Below, in pieces: positions 17,032 through 28,200 of a DNA stretch of 64,000 bases. Position numbers and translations under genes: made by a program. How positions within the stretch are numbered: position 1 is the first letter of the stretch; every line of letters starts with the position of its first letter. A model generated the notes under the pieces. It was given only the letters and a program-made list of their open reading frames with translations, did no database searches and was not told the origin of the DNA. The DNA is from a virus. The stretch lies in IMG/VR virus record IMGVR_UViG_3300045988_154566, positions 6,167 to 70,166 of that record, one strand, 5' to 3'.

Positions 17032-18066
17032 ATGGCATTACAGTATAGTGATATGTTAGCATTATGTAAGACAGTTGCTAAAGCTAATCCAGCTTCTCCT
17101 GTTGCTTATAGCTTCGGAGATAAAAAGTTTGGTTATGAAGATATGCATGAAACACTTCGTTCAGAGTTTCAGGCTTTAGCTCCAGATTACAGAACTTATG
17201 TAGAAAATCAGAATACAATATTCAGATTATTAGAAGAAACTTTCGATGATGTTTTACCAGAGAGAGTTATGCAGCAATATTCTCAGTTTGCTGAAATTAA
17301 GACATTCGCACAGGGAGATAAACCTATTTTCTTACAGAGAATTACAACAGCTTCTCGTAGAAGAGCAAAACAGTTCATCGGTAAGGTTGGTTTAAATGGT
17401 ATGTACGAGGCATTCAGACTTGATGGTCGTGCTTACGAAGTAACAACTAACGCTATTGGTGGCGCTGCTAGAATTGGTTTCGAGGAATTCCTTGATGGTC
17501 GTGTAAATATGGCAGATGTCCTTGATATCGTTCTTGAAGGTCTTGATGAATGTATTTATGTTGAGATTGAGAAGCAGTTAATTGGAGCTGCTAAGAATGT
17601 TCAGGCAGCAAATAAGCATTCAGATAGTAAATTCAATGAATCACAGATGGATAGATTACTTTCTATCGCTGATTCTTATGGAAAGTCAACAATTTATTGT
17701 ACTTTTGAATTTGCAGCAACAATGATTCCTTCAGAGGGTTGGATTTCAGATGAGATGAGAAATCAGAAGTGGAACAATGGTTACCTTGGTAACTATAAGG
17801 GACATACAGTAATTGTATTACCACAGTCTTTTGAAGATGAAACAAATACAACAAAGGTTATTGACCCATCATATGCATTTATTATTCCTACTGGTGCTGA
17901 AAAGCCAGTTAAGATTGCATTTGAAGGTGGTACAATCGCTAAGAGCTTCACAGGATATGATAATTCAGAAGAAATTCATATTTATAAGAAGGTTGGCGTA
18001 AGAGCTATATTCTCTAATGCAATTTGTGTATATCAGAACACAACTCTTAAGAGAACAGCAGCCTAA
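17032..18066 (+). CDS. major capsid protein candidate
   Basis: 344 aa, AGGAGG ribosome-binding site, strong terminator directly downstream. Assigned from position and size, not from recognised motifs. Confidence 0.45.
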   Translation: MALQYSDMLALCKTVAKANPASPVAYSFGDKKFGYEDMHETLRSEFQALAPDYRTYVENQNTIFRLLEETFDDVLPERVMQQYSQFAEIKTFAQGDKPIFLQRITTASRRRAKQFIGKVGLNGMYEAFRLDGRAYEVTTNAIGGAARIGFEEFLDGRVNMADVLDIVLEGLDECIYVEIEKQLIGAAKNVQAANKHSDSKFNESQMDRLLSIADSYGKSTIYCTFEFAATMIPSEGWISDEMRNQKWNNGYLGNYKGHTVIVLPQSFEDETNTTKVIDPSYAFIIPTGAEKPVKIAFEGGTIAKSFTGYDNSEEIHIYKKVGVRAIFSNAICVYQNTTLKRTAA

Positions 18067-18079
18067 GTAAAATTTAATA

Positions 18080-18114
18080 GGGGAGATAATTAATTTTATC
18101 TCCCCATTTTTTTT
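18080..18114 (+). terminator. intrinsic terminator after the capsid gene
   Basis: Hairpin GGGGAGATAA-N6-TTATCTCCCC followed by T8. Confidence 0.7.
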
Positions 18115-18139
18115 AGAGATAAAAGGAGAAGAAAAGATA

Positions 18140-18733
18140 ATGGATGGAAATAAATTAATTTCAGTTAGAAATAGAAATAATGGTTCTACAGGATATTCTA
18201 TTCCAGATAGAAATATTACTAGACTTTGGAATGTACCAGGAGAGACAAAAAATATTCCTTTCGCGGAATTACAGAGTTTACAGTATGTTCCTGGCGGAGA
18301 ATATATTCTTGAGAATCTTTTAATTGTTGAAGATGATGAAGCTCTAAACGCATTAAATATGCATGTTGAGCCAGAATATAAATATACAGAAGAAGATATT
18401 AAGAGTATACTTTTATCTGTAGATGATGATAGCTTAGATAGACTTGAAGATTTCTTAAACTTCAGTCCAGCAGGTGGAATTGATTTAGCTCAAAAATTAG
18501 CAGTTGAGTTAGAAATTCCAGATACAAGAAAAAGAAAAATGATTTCTGAGAAAACAGGATTAAATATAGATAATGCTATTATGATTAATCATATGATGAA
18601 TGATGATGATAGCGAAGAAGAAAAAGCTGATGCTCCAAAAAGAAAGACAACTCCATTAAGAGAAGAAAAGAAAAGCACAGCCCCAGTAAGAAAGACAACT
18701 CCTAAGTATGTTGTAACATCAATGGGAAAATAA
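18140..18733 (+). CDS. hypothetical head-tail connector / neck-region protein
   Basis: ORF track with ribosome-binding site, in the morphogenesis block. Confidence 0.4.
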   Translation: MDGNKLISVRNRNNGSTGYSIPDRNITRLWNVPGETKNIPFAELQSLQYVPGGEYILENLLIVEDDEALNALNMHVEPEYKYTEEDIKSILLSVDDDSLDRLEDFLNFSPAGGIDLAQKLAVELEIPDTRKRKMISEKTGLNIDNAIMINHMMNDDDSEEEKADAPKRKTTPLREEKKSTAPVRKTTPKYVVTSMGK

Positions 18734-18761
18734 TATAGGAAAGAGAGGTGCTTTATTTACA

Positions 18762-19364
18762 ATGAGCAAAATATACACCTCATTCTCTACCATATATGAT
18801 AATTTTTTAACAAGAGTAACTTCTGATATGTACATGGAATGGACTGAATTAGATACTTATAGTCATTTACAAGATTTATTAACAGTATCAATTCCTAGAT
18901 TTGAATTTCCGCGATTCAATATTTTTGATTATGAAGAAGGATATTATGATAGTTTAGGTACATATAAAGGAGTAGAAAGTAACAATATTGAAGTGCCTGC
19001 GGCCGGATGGGTCGGAGGCACTTTTCATAATGACTTAACTCTTGAAGAGATTAATATTATTGCATTAGATATGGTTATAGAATGGTTAGGACAGCAATTG
19101 TCAACAACAGATAATACTGTTATGAGATATAGCGGAAGTGATTTTAAATTTACATCACAAGCAAATCATATGGCAAAAATTAAAAACTTACTTGAAAAAT
19201 ATGAACAAGAATCTAATCATCTTCAAAAGTTATATAAAAGAAGAATTGTTGATAAAGATGGTTCTATAAAGACTACTATTCCTACATTAATGATGCCTTT
19301 CTCTTCTCCGGAAGAAGAACGAATGAAAGGAGTGTTTTTTAATGGTTATGAAATACGACATTGA
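18762..19364 (+). CDS. hypothetical neck-region protein
   Basis: ORF track. Confidence 0.4.
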   Translation: MSKIYTSFSTIYDNFLTRVTSDMYMEWTELDTYSHLQDLLTVSIPRFEFPRFNIFDYEEGYYDSLGTYKGVESNNIEVPAAGWVGGTFHNDLTLEEINIIALDMVIEWLGQQLSTTDNTVMRYSGSDFKFTSQANHMAKIKNLLEKYEQESNHLQKLYKRRIVDKDGSIKTTIPTLMMPFSSPEEERMKGVFFNGYEIRH

Positions 19365-19653
19365 TATTAGTATTAAAGCAGTTGAAAAAAACTTAGATAG
19401 AATTACAAATCGTATTTTTAAATTACTTCCTTCAAGAGAAGAAGGAGATGATTGGCAGACTCCTTTAAAAAATTTAATTGTAGAAATTGGTGGAATGTCA
19501 AGTCTGTTATACGACCAAACAGATTTATTACATTTATTATGTAAATTAGAAGGATTATTAGTCTTAACTGAAGATACTGATTTTTTAGTATTTAGAGCAA
19601 CTATTTTTGAATGTTTAGGACTAATAAATAAAATAAAACAATGTCTGGCTTAG
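19342..19653 (+). CDS. hypothetical neck-region protein
   Basis: Start overlaps the upstream gene. Confidence 0.4.
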   Translation: MVMKYDIDISIKAVEKNLDRITNRIFKLLPSREEGDDWQTPLKNLIVEIGGMSSLLYDQTDLLHLLCKLEGLLVLTEDTDFLVFRATIFECLGLINKIKQCLA

Positions 19654-20591
19654 ATAATATGAAGCAAAGACTTGATAGCCGCGGTGGTTTTCTTAATGGT
19701 CGTAATGTAAAAGGAAAATTAAATTCTTTTCATGCCGCGCTTAATAATTCATATCAGTCAGAGTGGATAACAGTTAATAAGGGAAAAGAAAATGAACAAA
19801 AAGTGCATTGTCTTATAAATCCTAGTCGATTAACAGAAGAGTTTGATAAGAAAGTTATTTCTGTTGATTTTGATAAAGGTATAACTGAAGGAACTGTATT
19901 CTATTGGGATAGAACAGAGAAATATTGGATTGTAAATTTACAGCAACATACTGAAGAAGCTTACTTTAGAGGAGATATTACAAGATGCGATTATCAAGTT
20001 GATATTGATGGAGAGCATTATTGGGTTTATCTTCGTGGTCCAATAGAAACAGATATATCTTGGAGTCAAAAACATGGTATATATTTTAATAATCTTAATT
20101 ACTCTATGTTAATGCATATAACAAAAAATAAAAAGACTTTAAATTACTTTTCACGATTTAATGTAGTTAAAGTAAGTTTTTCTTATATAGATGAAAATGG
20201 TGAAAAGCAAGAAGAATGGCATAGATGGCAAGTTGCGGCAACGGATAAATATTCTAATAATAATATTATTGAAGTTTATCTAAATGAATATGCGGATAAC
20301 CAGATTGAAGAAGATAAAGTCAAGGAAGAAGAGAAAGAATTTTCTCCTGAAGAAGCTTATATCGACGGTCCGCAATTTATAAATCCTTATGATGAAAATG
20401 TCATTTATACTATTAAAAATAATACTGGTGGAAAATTTGTAGTTAATTCTAATAAAGTTAAAATTGTTGAATCGAATGATAATTCATTAATATTAAATGT
20501 TTTAACAGGAAAATCTGCAAAATTTGATATCGTATATCGGAAACCAGATGAAGATGATATTGTTCTTAATGTAACAATTAAATCATTATAG
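19641..20591 (+). CDS. hypothetical structural protein
   Basis: ORF track. Start overlaps the upstream gene. Confidence 0.4.
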   Translation: MSGLDNMKQRLDSRGGFLNGRNVKGKLNSFHAALNNSYQSEWITVNKGKENEQKVHCLINPSRLTEEFDKKVISVDFDKGITEGTVFYWDRTEKYWIVNLQQHTEEAYFRGDITRCDYQVDIDGEHYWVYLRGPIETDISWSQKHGIYFNNLNYSMLMHITKNKKTLNYFSRFNVVKVSFSYIDENGEKQEEWHRWQVAATDKYSNNNIIEVYLNEYADNQIEEDKVKEEEKEFSPEEAYIDGPQFINPYDENVIYTIKNNTGGKFVVNSNKVKIVESNDNSLILNVLTGKSAKFDIVYRKPDEDDIVLNVTIKSL

Positions 20592-20611
20592 AGATAAAAG
20601 GAGAATAGAGA

Positions 20612-21220
20612 ATGGGAGTTAGAAGTCAGAAAATGAACTCGACTCTTCAAGGAGAGCCAAAATCTTCTTTTCTTTCATGCGAAAAAGATTTGGAATCAAT
20701 TATTCGTAAGCTTTTTATAGAAGATAAAACTGTAAGTAATTATTTAAAAAGATTACTTGCAGTAAATACTTCAGATTGTTTAATTGACAAAACAAATCCT
20801 GCTTATATAGATAAAGTAAACAGATTATCTATAAAGAAATTATTGGATGATGGATATATCAGGATAAGTCCAAAGATTGAGAGAAAAGAAAATGAAGAAG
20901 TAAAATCATATATTAGAATTAATTTTGATAATTTTACTGAATCTAGTAATCCAGAATATAGAGACTGTATAGTAGAGATAGATGTTTTATGTCATACTGA
21001 TTACTGGGAATTAGAAAATTATCAATTAAGACCAATAAAGATTGTTGGATATATAGATGCTATTTTAAATAAAACAAAACTTTCGGGAATAGGAACATTA
21101 AATTTTTTTGGTTGCACTGAAGTAACTTTAAGTAATGATTTATCTGGTTATTGCTTAATGTACCAAGCAACGCATGGAAATGATGATTCAATTCCTGAAG
21201 AAGATGAAGATAATGATTAA
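20612..21220 (+). CDS. hypothetical structural protein
   Basis: AGGAGAA ribosome-binding site. Confidence 0.4.
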   Translation: MGVRSQKMNSTLQGEPKSSFLSCEKDLESIIRKLFIEDKTVSNYLKRLLAVNTSDCLIDKTNPAYIDKVNRLSIKKLLDDGYIRISPKIERKENEEVKSYIRINFDNFTESSNPEYRDCIVEIDVLCHTDYWELENYQLRPIKIVGYIDAILNKTKLSGIGTLNFFGCTEVTLSNDLSGYCLMYQATHGNDDSIPEEDEDND

Positions 21221-21962
21221 TGAATTATTATTGTTATCAAAGAATGACATTCCCTTTATTGAGGGACGCGCGGTTATTCATAATCCAACAATGAATGAGA
21301 TTGCTCTTATAGGAGAACGAGCTTTTAATATTGGTACACAATTTTTAAATTTTTCTAAAGAACTTTTATCTTCTAAGGACAAAAATGATTTAGAGGATAA
21401 AAGCGATTTTGATATATTTATGTCAGTAATGAATAGTCATGAGCGCTATGAATATAGAACTGATGCAATGTTAGTATTAGCATTGTTATTTCCAAACTGT
21501 CAATTAAAGATAGATAAAGATAAACTTATTTTGAAAGACCAAAATGGAGGAATCTTTATGGAAATAAATAATGATAATTTTACTTCTTTTAGAGATAGAA
21601 TAAGTGATTTATTTTGTCTTAAAAAAGTTACAACCACTGCGGCGGTCTATGACCCTGCGGATAAGCAAGCCCGCAAGATAGCTGAGAAATTGAAAAAGAG
21701 ACATGAGACTCTTGATAAGAAGAAAAATGGAGAAGAAAATGAAAATCAAAAAGTTTCAATTTTTGTTCGCTATGTTTCTATTCTTTCTGTTGGTAATCAT
21801 AAAGATATAAATGAACTTATGAATTATACAGTTTATCAATTATTAGATGAGTTTACTCGTTTTCAAAAGAAACAAAGTTTTGATGCTTATGTTCAAGCTA
21901 AAATTGCAGGAGCTAAAGACTTAGAAGAAGTTGAAAATTGGATGGGAGACATCCATTCATAG
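21174..21962 (+). CDS. hypothetical structural protein
   Basis: ORF track. Confidence 0.4.
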   Translation: MEMMIQFLKKMKIMINELLLLSKNDIPFIEGRAVIHNPTMNEIALIGERAFNIGTQFLNFSKELLSSKDKNDLEDKSDFDIFMSVMNSHERYEYRTDAMLVLALLFPNCQLKIDKDKLILKDQNGGIFMEINNDNFTSFRDRISDLFCLKKVTTTAAVYDPADKQARKIAEKLKKRHETLDKKKNGEENENQKVSIFVRYVSILSVGNHKDINELMNYTVYQLLDEFTRFQKKQSFDAYVQAKIAGAKDLEEVENWMGDIHS

Positions 21963-21992
21963 CAAATTATTTATTTAAGGAGGAAAAATATA

Positions 21993-22958
21993 ATGAAGTT
22001 TGGTGTCCGCGAAATATGCGATGTAACTTTTAAGGCTACATCTAATAACCAAAAAATCGGAAAGAAAACTTTCAAAGCTGGACAGCCAGCATTTTTCATT
22101 GATAGTGCAAAAACATCTACTTTAGAGCAGGCTACAACAACAGTATATGCTCAAGGTGGTAAAGGTAACTCTCGTCTTATCGCTTGGGAAGGTGAAAAGA
22201 CTATGACATTCACAGTTGAAGATGCTTTAATTTCTCCACAGGGTCTTGCTGTACTTTCAGGTGCAGGATTACTTGAAGCTGGTGAAAATGCAATTCAGCA
22301 TGTTCATGTTACTATTGATGCAACAGTTGGTGATGAAGGTAAGGTAGAAATAAGCTTAGCTGAGCTTAATGATGAATTAGGTACAAATGAAGAAGAGCTT
22401 ACTATCTGTGGAGATATTCCAGTATATGCTACAAAGCTTGATGGTTCAGGTGCAGGTATTGATTATTATTCAGATGTTACACTTACAGGTGCAACAGGAA
22501 CAGAGAATGATTATCTTGTAAAAGTTAGTGATAATGCTGAATTTACAATTAAGGATGATGCATCTTTAGCTGTTACTAAGGGTACTGTTGTTAAGTTAGA
22601 CTTCTATGTAGCAATGAAAAAAGGTGTATCTGAAATCACTATTGCTCCAGAAGATTTCGGTGGATATTATTATGTTGAAGCTGATACTTTATTCAGAAGT
22701 GAAGCTACTGGTAAAGATATGGCAGCTACAATTACAATTCCTAAAGCTAAAGTACAGTCAGCAATGACATTTACAATGGCTTCTAGTGGAGACCCAAGTA
22801 CATTCACATTCACAATGGATGCATTCCCTGGATATACTTACTTTGATAGAACAAAGAAAGTTATGTGTACTATCCAGGTTGTAGGTACAGATGGAACAAC
22901 AGAGGATGAAACATATCATAAGGATGTTCCAGCAGATACTCACAAAGCTACACCCTAA
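21993..22958 (+). CDS. major tail protein candidate (frame-0 product)
   Basis: AAGGAGG ribosome-binding site, beta-rich sequence. A programmed-frameshift extension and a strong terminator lie downstream. Placed before the chaperone-like genes and the tape measure. Confidence 0.5.
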   Translation: MKFGVREICDVTFKATSNNQKIGKKTFKAGQPAFFIDSAKTSTLEQATTTVYAQGGKGNSRLIAWEGEKTMTFTVEDALISPQGLAVLSGAGLLEAGENAIQHVHVTIDATVGDEGKVEISLAELNDELGTNEEELTICGDIPVYATKLDGSGAGIDYYSDVTLTGATGTENDYLVKVSDNAEFTIKDDASLAVTKGTVVKLDFYVAMKKGVSEITIAPEDFGGYYYVEADTLFRSEATGKDMAATITIPKAKVQSAMTFTMASSGDPSTFTFTMDAFPGYTYFDRTKKVMCTIQVVGTDGTTEDETYHKDVPADTHKATP

Positions 22959-23256
22959 AGAAGAGCCGGCAGAGCCGGTATACACTATTTCATTAGGAGA
23001 ACCTGATAGTAGTGTTGTAGGAAAAGTATCATGGGATGTTACAGTTCAGAAAGACGGAAAAACAGAAGGAACTTGCGCATTAGTAAGTTCTACTGTAAAC
23101 GCTCTTGATGCAACAGAGAACACAACAGTAGTAGGAAATAAAGTAACAGTTGACTATACAGCAGCAGGAGGAACTACTGATGAAGAAGTTAAGATTGTTG
23201 TTAAATGTGTAGAAGACAATACTAAGACAGCTACTGGAACTTATACAATCGCGTAA
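22953..23256 (+). CDS. +1 frameshift extension of the major tail protein encoding a C-terminal Ig-like (Big_2-type) domain
   Basis: CCC_UAA at 22953-22958. +1 reading gives KEEPAEPVYTISLGEPDSSVVGKVSWDVTV...TATGTYTIA. The +1 frame stays open from 22891 to 23256. Confidence 0.5.
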
Positions 23257-23285
23257 GCGGGGAATCCCGGTCAAGGATTTCTTTA

Positions 23286-23326
23286 GCGGGGTCGGGTTAT
23301 TATACTCGACCCCGCATTTTTTTTTG
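23286..23326 (+). terminator. intrinsic terminator after the major tail gene and its frameshift extension
   Basis: Hairpin GCGGGGTCG-N12-CGACCCCGC followed by T9. Confidence 0.7.
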
Positions 23327-23344
23327 TTTATAGGAGGTGAGACA

Positions 23345-24607
23345 ATGCGTAATTATTCTACCCTTTTTACAGAAGATGAAGTAACATCAATAATCAAAGA
23401 ATTAGATGGTGTTTTTCAAACTGAAGATATTCAACAAATGAGTCAAAAAATTTTAGCAAATTTAAAATCTATGCAAAAGGAACTCAAACACTTATTAAAA
23501 GATTTAGAAACTCTTGATTCTTTGGAGGAGGTTCAAAATAAAAAAGAGCAAATTGAAGCAAAGTGGAAAAACGAGGGACATGAGAATGAAATAACTCCAG
23601 CAAAAATGAAAACAGCATTAAGCTCACTTGCATTGAAAGAATCAGATATGAGTCAATTTAAAAGTATACAACAAGGAATTTCAGCAACATACGGAGCTGT
23701 AAATAAAACAATTTCAACAAAGAGAGCCCAGATATATGGAAAAGCCTATGTTTATGTTATGAAAATAAGAGAAATACTTACTGACCAAAAAGTAGATTAT
23801 CATATCTATGCAAAAACAGATAGCGGTGATACAATTTTAGTAGAGTTAGATGATTATGAAGTTTTATATGCAATGAAAGAAAATGATAATAAAATTGGAG
23901 TGGCTTGTTATACTGCTTTAAATGCAATTAATGAAGCTAAAATGAAGAATAATACACAACTTCATGAAAAACAATCAGGACTGAATGCACAGGCAAAAAA
24001 AGGTTTTGACTTATTTAAACAAGCTATAGATAAAAAAGTCTTAGTAGAGACTAAAGTAACAGATGAAGATGGTAAAGAAAGAATGATGTACCAAGTTGCA
24101 TATAATGGCAATAAAAAATGGTATAAAGATAAAAACTTGTCTAATGAAAAAGCAAAATTTAATAAAGGACATTTTTTTGAAGCTTTTGATATAATCGCTT
24201 CAAAAATGATACAAAATCAAACTTTTGAAAAAATAAAATATAATAATGTTATAAATAATTTGGAACATGATAATGTAGATGCTTGGGCTGGCGGAGATAA
24301 TGCTGAAGATTTTTATTTACAACATTCTGTTAAAGCTATTATAGGACAATCTAGTGCTACTATTAAATCATATAAATCTGTTCAGAATATCCTTAATATT
24401 CTTATAAATTTAATAGATGGTATAACTACAAAAGGCTTTTCAAGAGAAGAAGTTAAAAAACAATTAGAAAAGAACTTCTTTGATAAAAATAAATACGATG
24501 CTTTAGGAAAAACAACAAAAGCAATGAATAAGGATGTAGAAAAAGCAGTAGATAGAATGCTAGAAATATTTAAGTCACAACAAGTTGACAATTCAAAAAA
24601 AATATGA
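23345..24607 (+). CDS. hypothetical K-rich coiled-coil protein (tail assembly chaperone region)
   Basis: ATG at 23345 with GGAGGTG ribosome-binding site. The ORF track lists 23324. Confidence 0.4.
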   Translation: MRNYSTLFTEDEVTSIIKELDGVFQTEDIQQMSQKILANLKSMQKELKHLLKDLETLDSLEEVQNKKEQIEAKWKNEGHENEITPAKMKTALSSLALKESDMSQFKSIQQGISATYGAVNKTISTKRAQIYGKAYVYVMKIREILTDQKVDYHIYAKTDSGDTILVELDDYEVLYAMKENDNKIGVACYTALNAINEAKMKNNTQLHEKQSGLNAQAKKGFDLFKQAIDKKVLVETKVTDEDGKERMMYQVAYNGNKKWYKDKNLSNEKAKFNKGHFFEAFDIIASKMIQNQTFEKIKYNNVINNLEHDNVDAWAGGDNAEDFYLQHSVKAIIGQSSATIKSYKSVQNILNILINLIDGITTKGFSREEVKKQLEKNFFDKNKYDALGKTTKAMNKDVEKAVDRMLEIFKSQQVDNSKKI

Positions 24608-24642
24608 TATACTATAATTAAGAAATAAAAGGAGGGCTAATA

Positions 24643-25170
24643 ATGCCAAGTTTTAAAGAGTTAGATATATCAGTAAACTCTGATTTATATTATGAGGGAG
24701 CAACTATAAATAATCACCCTATAAAAGTGAAGCAATATATTCCTATCGAAGAAAAAATAGAAATTGCAACAAATGTATTAAAAAATTCTTTTGATGAAAA
24801 GAATAGTTTTGCTAATCCTTTTAAAGTGTCTGTGTATTTTGCTTTAGGGGTTATATATCATTATACAGATATTTTCTTTACAGATGAAGAAAAAGAAGAC
24901 CCTACTAATTTATATAACATTCTTGAAAGTAATGATGCTATAAGTGCAGTTATTTCATTAATACCAAGAGATGAATATGATTATTTAAAATCAACTACAG
25001 ATGAGTTAATTAAGAATTTTTATACTTATCGTAATTCTGTTTTAGGTATTTTAGAAGCAGTTAATGAAGATTATGCTACTACACAGGCAGATTTAGATAA
25101 TATCATTAAGGAAGTTGAAGACCCTAATTCATTAGGATTATTAAAAGAAATTATGACAAAATTGGGCTAA
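24643..25170 (+). CDS. hypothetical acidic protein (tail assembly chaperone candidate)
   Basis: AAAGGAGG ribosome-binding site. Position immediately before the tape measure gene. Confidence 0.4.
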   Translation: MPSFKELDISVNSDLYYEGATINNHPIKVKQYIPIEEKIEIATNVLKNSFDEKNSFANPFKVSVYFALGVIYHYTDIFFTDEEKEDPTNLYNILESNDAISAVISLIPRDEYDYLKSTTDELIKNFYTYRNSVLGILEAVNEDYATTQADLDNIIKEVEDPNSLGLLKEIMTKLG

Positions 25171-25226
25171 AATGTTCTATCGGTTCATAAGTTTCTCGAA
25201 ATATTTTAGAAAAAGAAAATTATAAT

Positions 25227-25262
25227 GGGAATGTGATATTCGTATCGCATTCCCATTTTTTA
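25227..25262 (+). terminator. hairpin plus T-tract before the tape measure gene
   Basis: Hairpin GGGAATG-N14-CATTCCC followed by ATTTTTT. Confidence 0.45.
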
Positions 25263-25287
25263 GTATAGAGAAAAAGGAGAAAAATGA

Positions 25288-28200
25288 ATGGCAGGAAGAA
25301 AAAGAATTGATATTGATATAGGTTTCAATACCGATACCTCAAGAGCAAAAGCTCAAATTCAAGATTTACAGAAACAGATAGTTAATTTATCAGTTGCCGC
25401 AAAGCAGAATACAGCAACTAATACTTTATCTTCTGATATTTCCAAAGCTGTAATAGAAGCTAGTAAATTAAATGGTATATTATCACAATCAATGACTTTC
25501 AAGGGAGATAACCTTGACTTATCTAAATTTGTTACAAACTTAAATAAGTCTGGTACTACTATTTCTCAAGTTCGTAAGAATTTAGAATCATTAGGTCCTC
25601 AAGGTCAAAAAGCATTTACATCTTTAGCGCAATCTATTATGTCTGCGGAAGTTCCTTTAAGACAGTCTGAAGGACTTTTAAAGAGTTTTTCTACTACTCT
25701 TACAAATAGTGCGAAATGGACTGTAGCTTCAGGTGCCGTTCATCAAGTACAGACAGAATTTAGTAAAGCTTTTGAGTATAGTAGAAAGCTTGATAAATCA
25801 TTAAATGAAATTAGAATAGTATCTGGAGAAAGTTCAGATAATATGGCTAAATTTGCTAAACAAGCAAATGAATCTGCCAAAGCTTTAAATACAACAACAA
25901 CTGCATATACAAATGCGGCATTAATCTTCTATCAGCAAGGTCTTGATACTGCCGCAGTTAAAGAGCGTACTGATGCAGTTACAAAGATGGCAAGTGTTAC
26001 AGGAGAGACTGCTGCAGATGTATCTTCTTACATGACTGCTATTTGGAATAACTTTAATGATGGTTCAAAAAGCGTAGAATACTTTGCAGATGTTCTTACT
26101 GCATTAGGTGCGGCAACTGCATCTAGTACAGATGAAATTGCGGAAGGTCTTGAAAAGTTTGCTTCTATTGGTAATACCGTAGGTTTATCATATGAATATG
26201 CTACTTCTGCTCTTGCAACTGTTGTTGCAGAAACTCGTCAGTCCGCAGATACTGTAGGTACTGCATTTAAAACATTATTCGCGCGTATCCAGGACTTAGA
26301 GTTAGGCAATACATTAGATGATGGAACAACATTAGGTCAGTATTCTAAGGCTCTTGAAGCTATTGGGGTAAATATCAAAGATTCAAAGGGCGAAATTCGT
26401 GATATGGACGATATCTTAGACGATATGGGTTCTAAATGGAAGACTATCTCTAAGGATACTCAGATTGCGGTTGCACAAGCAGTTGCAGGTACTCGTCAGT
26501 ATAGTCAATTAATTGCCTTAATGGATAAGTGGGATGTTTTCCAAGAGAACTTAAATACAGCTAAAGGTGCGGAAGGTTCTTTACAACAGCAAGCTGATAT
26601 TTATGCAGAATCATGGGATGCCGCATCTAAGAAAATAAAAACTTCATTAGAAGAAATTTATTCAAATCTTATTGATAGTAAAACTATGGTTGATTTAATG
26701 AAATTCCTTAGTAAAGCTATTGAAGGTTTTGGTCATTTTATTGATTCTGTTGGTGGAGTTAGAACTGCTTTTATTTTATTAGCAAATACTATAATTTCTA
26801 ATCAAGGTCCTCAAATAAGCAAATATGTTGATAAAGTTGTTGATAACTTTAAAATCAAATTTGGTATTATGGGCAAAGAGATTGAGGCAACTAGAGAGAA
26901 AGCTCAAAAAGAATATAAAGCTATGATTGCAGGAATGGATATAAAGACTCCAGAAGACCGTGCACAAGTAGCTAATATGAAAGCAAATTATGATATTGAA
27001 AATGCTATTTTTGAGAAGAAAAAAGAATTAGCTAAAATAAATGCAAATTTAACTGAATCTCAAATAGAACAAATAGCCAATGAGAAAGCTCAATTAAAAC
27101 AATTAGAAGAAGAATCTGAAGTCACAGCTAGGATTTATGATACTAAAAAGAAAGCTAGACATGCTGCACATGATGATGTCTTATCTCTTGGTAGTAGATT
27201 TAAAAATACCAATTTATCTTTAGATAAAGTAGAAAATATAAAAATTCGTAATGACATTCTTTCAAAGTTTTTACCTGAAGATACTTTACAAGAAGCTTAT
27301 GCAAAAAAAGTATTGTTAGGTGAAATGGATGAAATGGAGTCTGAAAAATATCTCCAAGAGAATTACTCTAAAAATGAAAGAGTTAGACAGCGTAACCAAA
27401 ATTTTAGAGATATGGTAAAACAAGTTGACCCTAATAAAAAGTTTTCAAAGCAAGAGCGTAGACCTTCACGAACTACTAAAATAGAAGATTATAACTCTTA
27501 TGCTCAAGTATTAGAGGATACAAGAAAAGCATTAGAGTCTCAAGATTATCAAGAACCAATACAAAAAATTCTTCAAAAACAATTTACTAAAGATTATAAT
27601 GCTGCGATACAAGCATATGAGACAAATGAGACTAATATTTCTACTAGTAATAAAGTTTTAAATTTATTTGATATGGAAAAAGTTAAGTCAGGTAAATTTT
27701 CTTTAAAAGGTATGCAAGAAACATTATCCACTCTTTATAATTCTTCAAAAGAAAATAAGCGAATGATTGATGACCTTATGAGATTAGATGAATATAAAGA
27801 AAAGGATGATATTAAAAAACTTATTACTGGTCAAGATGTAGAAGGTATAAATAAATCAGACTATACTCATATGCTACAAACAATTGAAAAGAAAAGAGCA
27901 GGTTATCTTACAAAACGAGATGATATTAGTGGTAATATCAGAGGACTTTTACAAGATTATGGTTTTGGAGCTCCTGATGTTGCAAAAATGTCTGATGCAC
28001 TCGATAAACAGCATAAAATAATAGAAGATACAGATGAATCTTTAACAGCTCATGTAAAAGTATTACTGGATGTTCAAAATCATTCTAATTCAGTAGTTGA
28101 TTCTATTAACAAGATGGGATTTTCTGTAGGAAGCATCGGTGAAAACTTTACTAATGGCGCGAATGCAATGAGTAATTTTGCAATGACTGCTAATAGTGTT

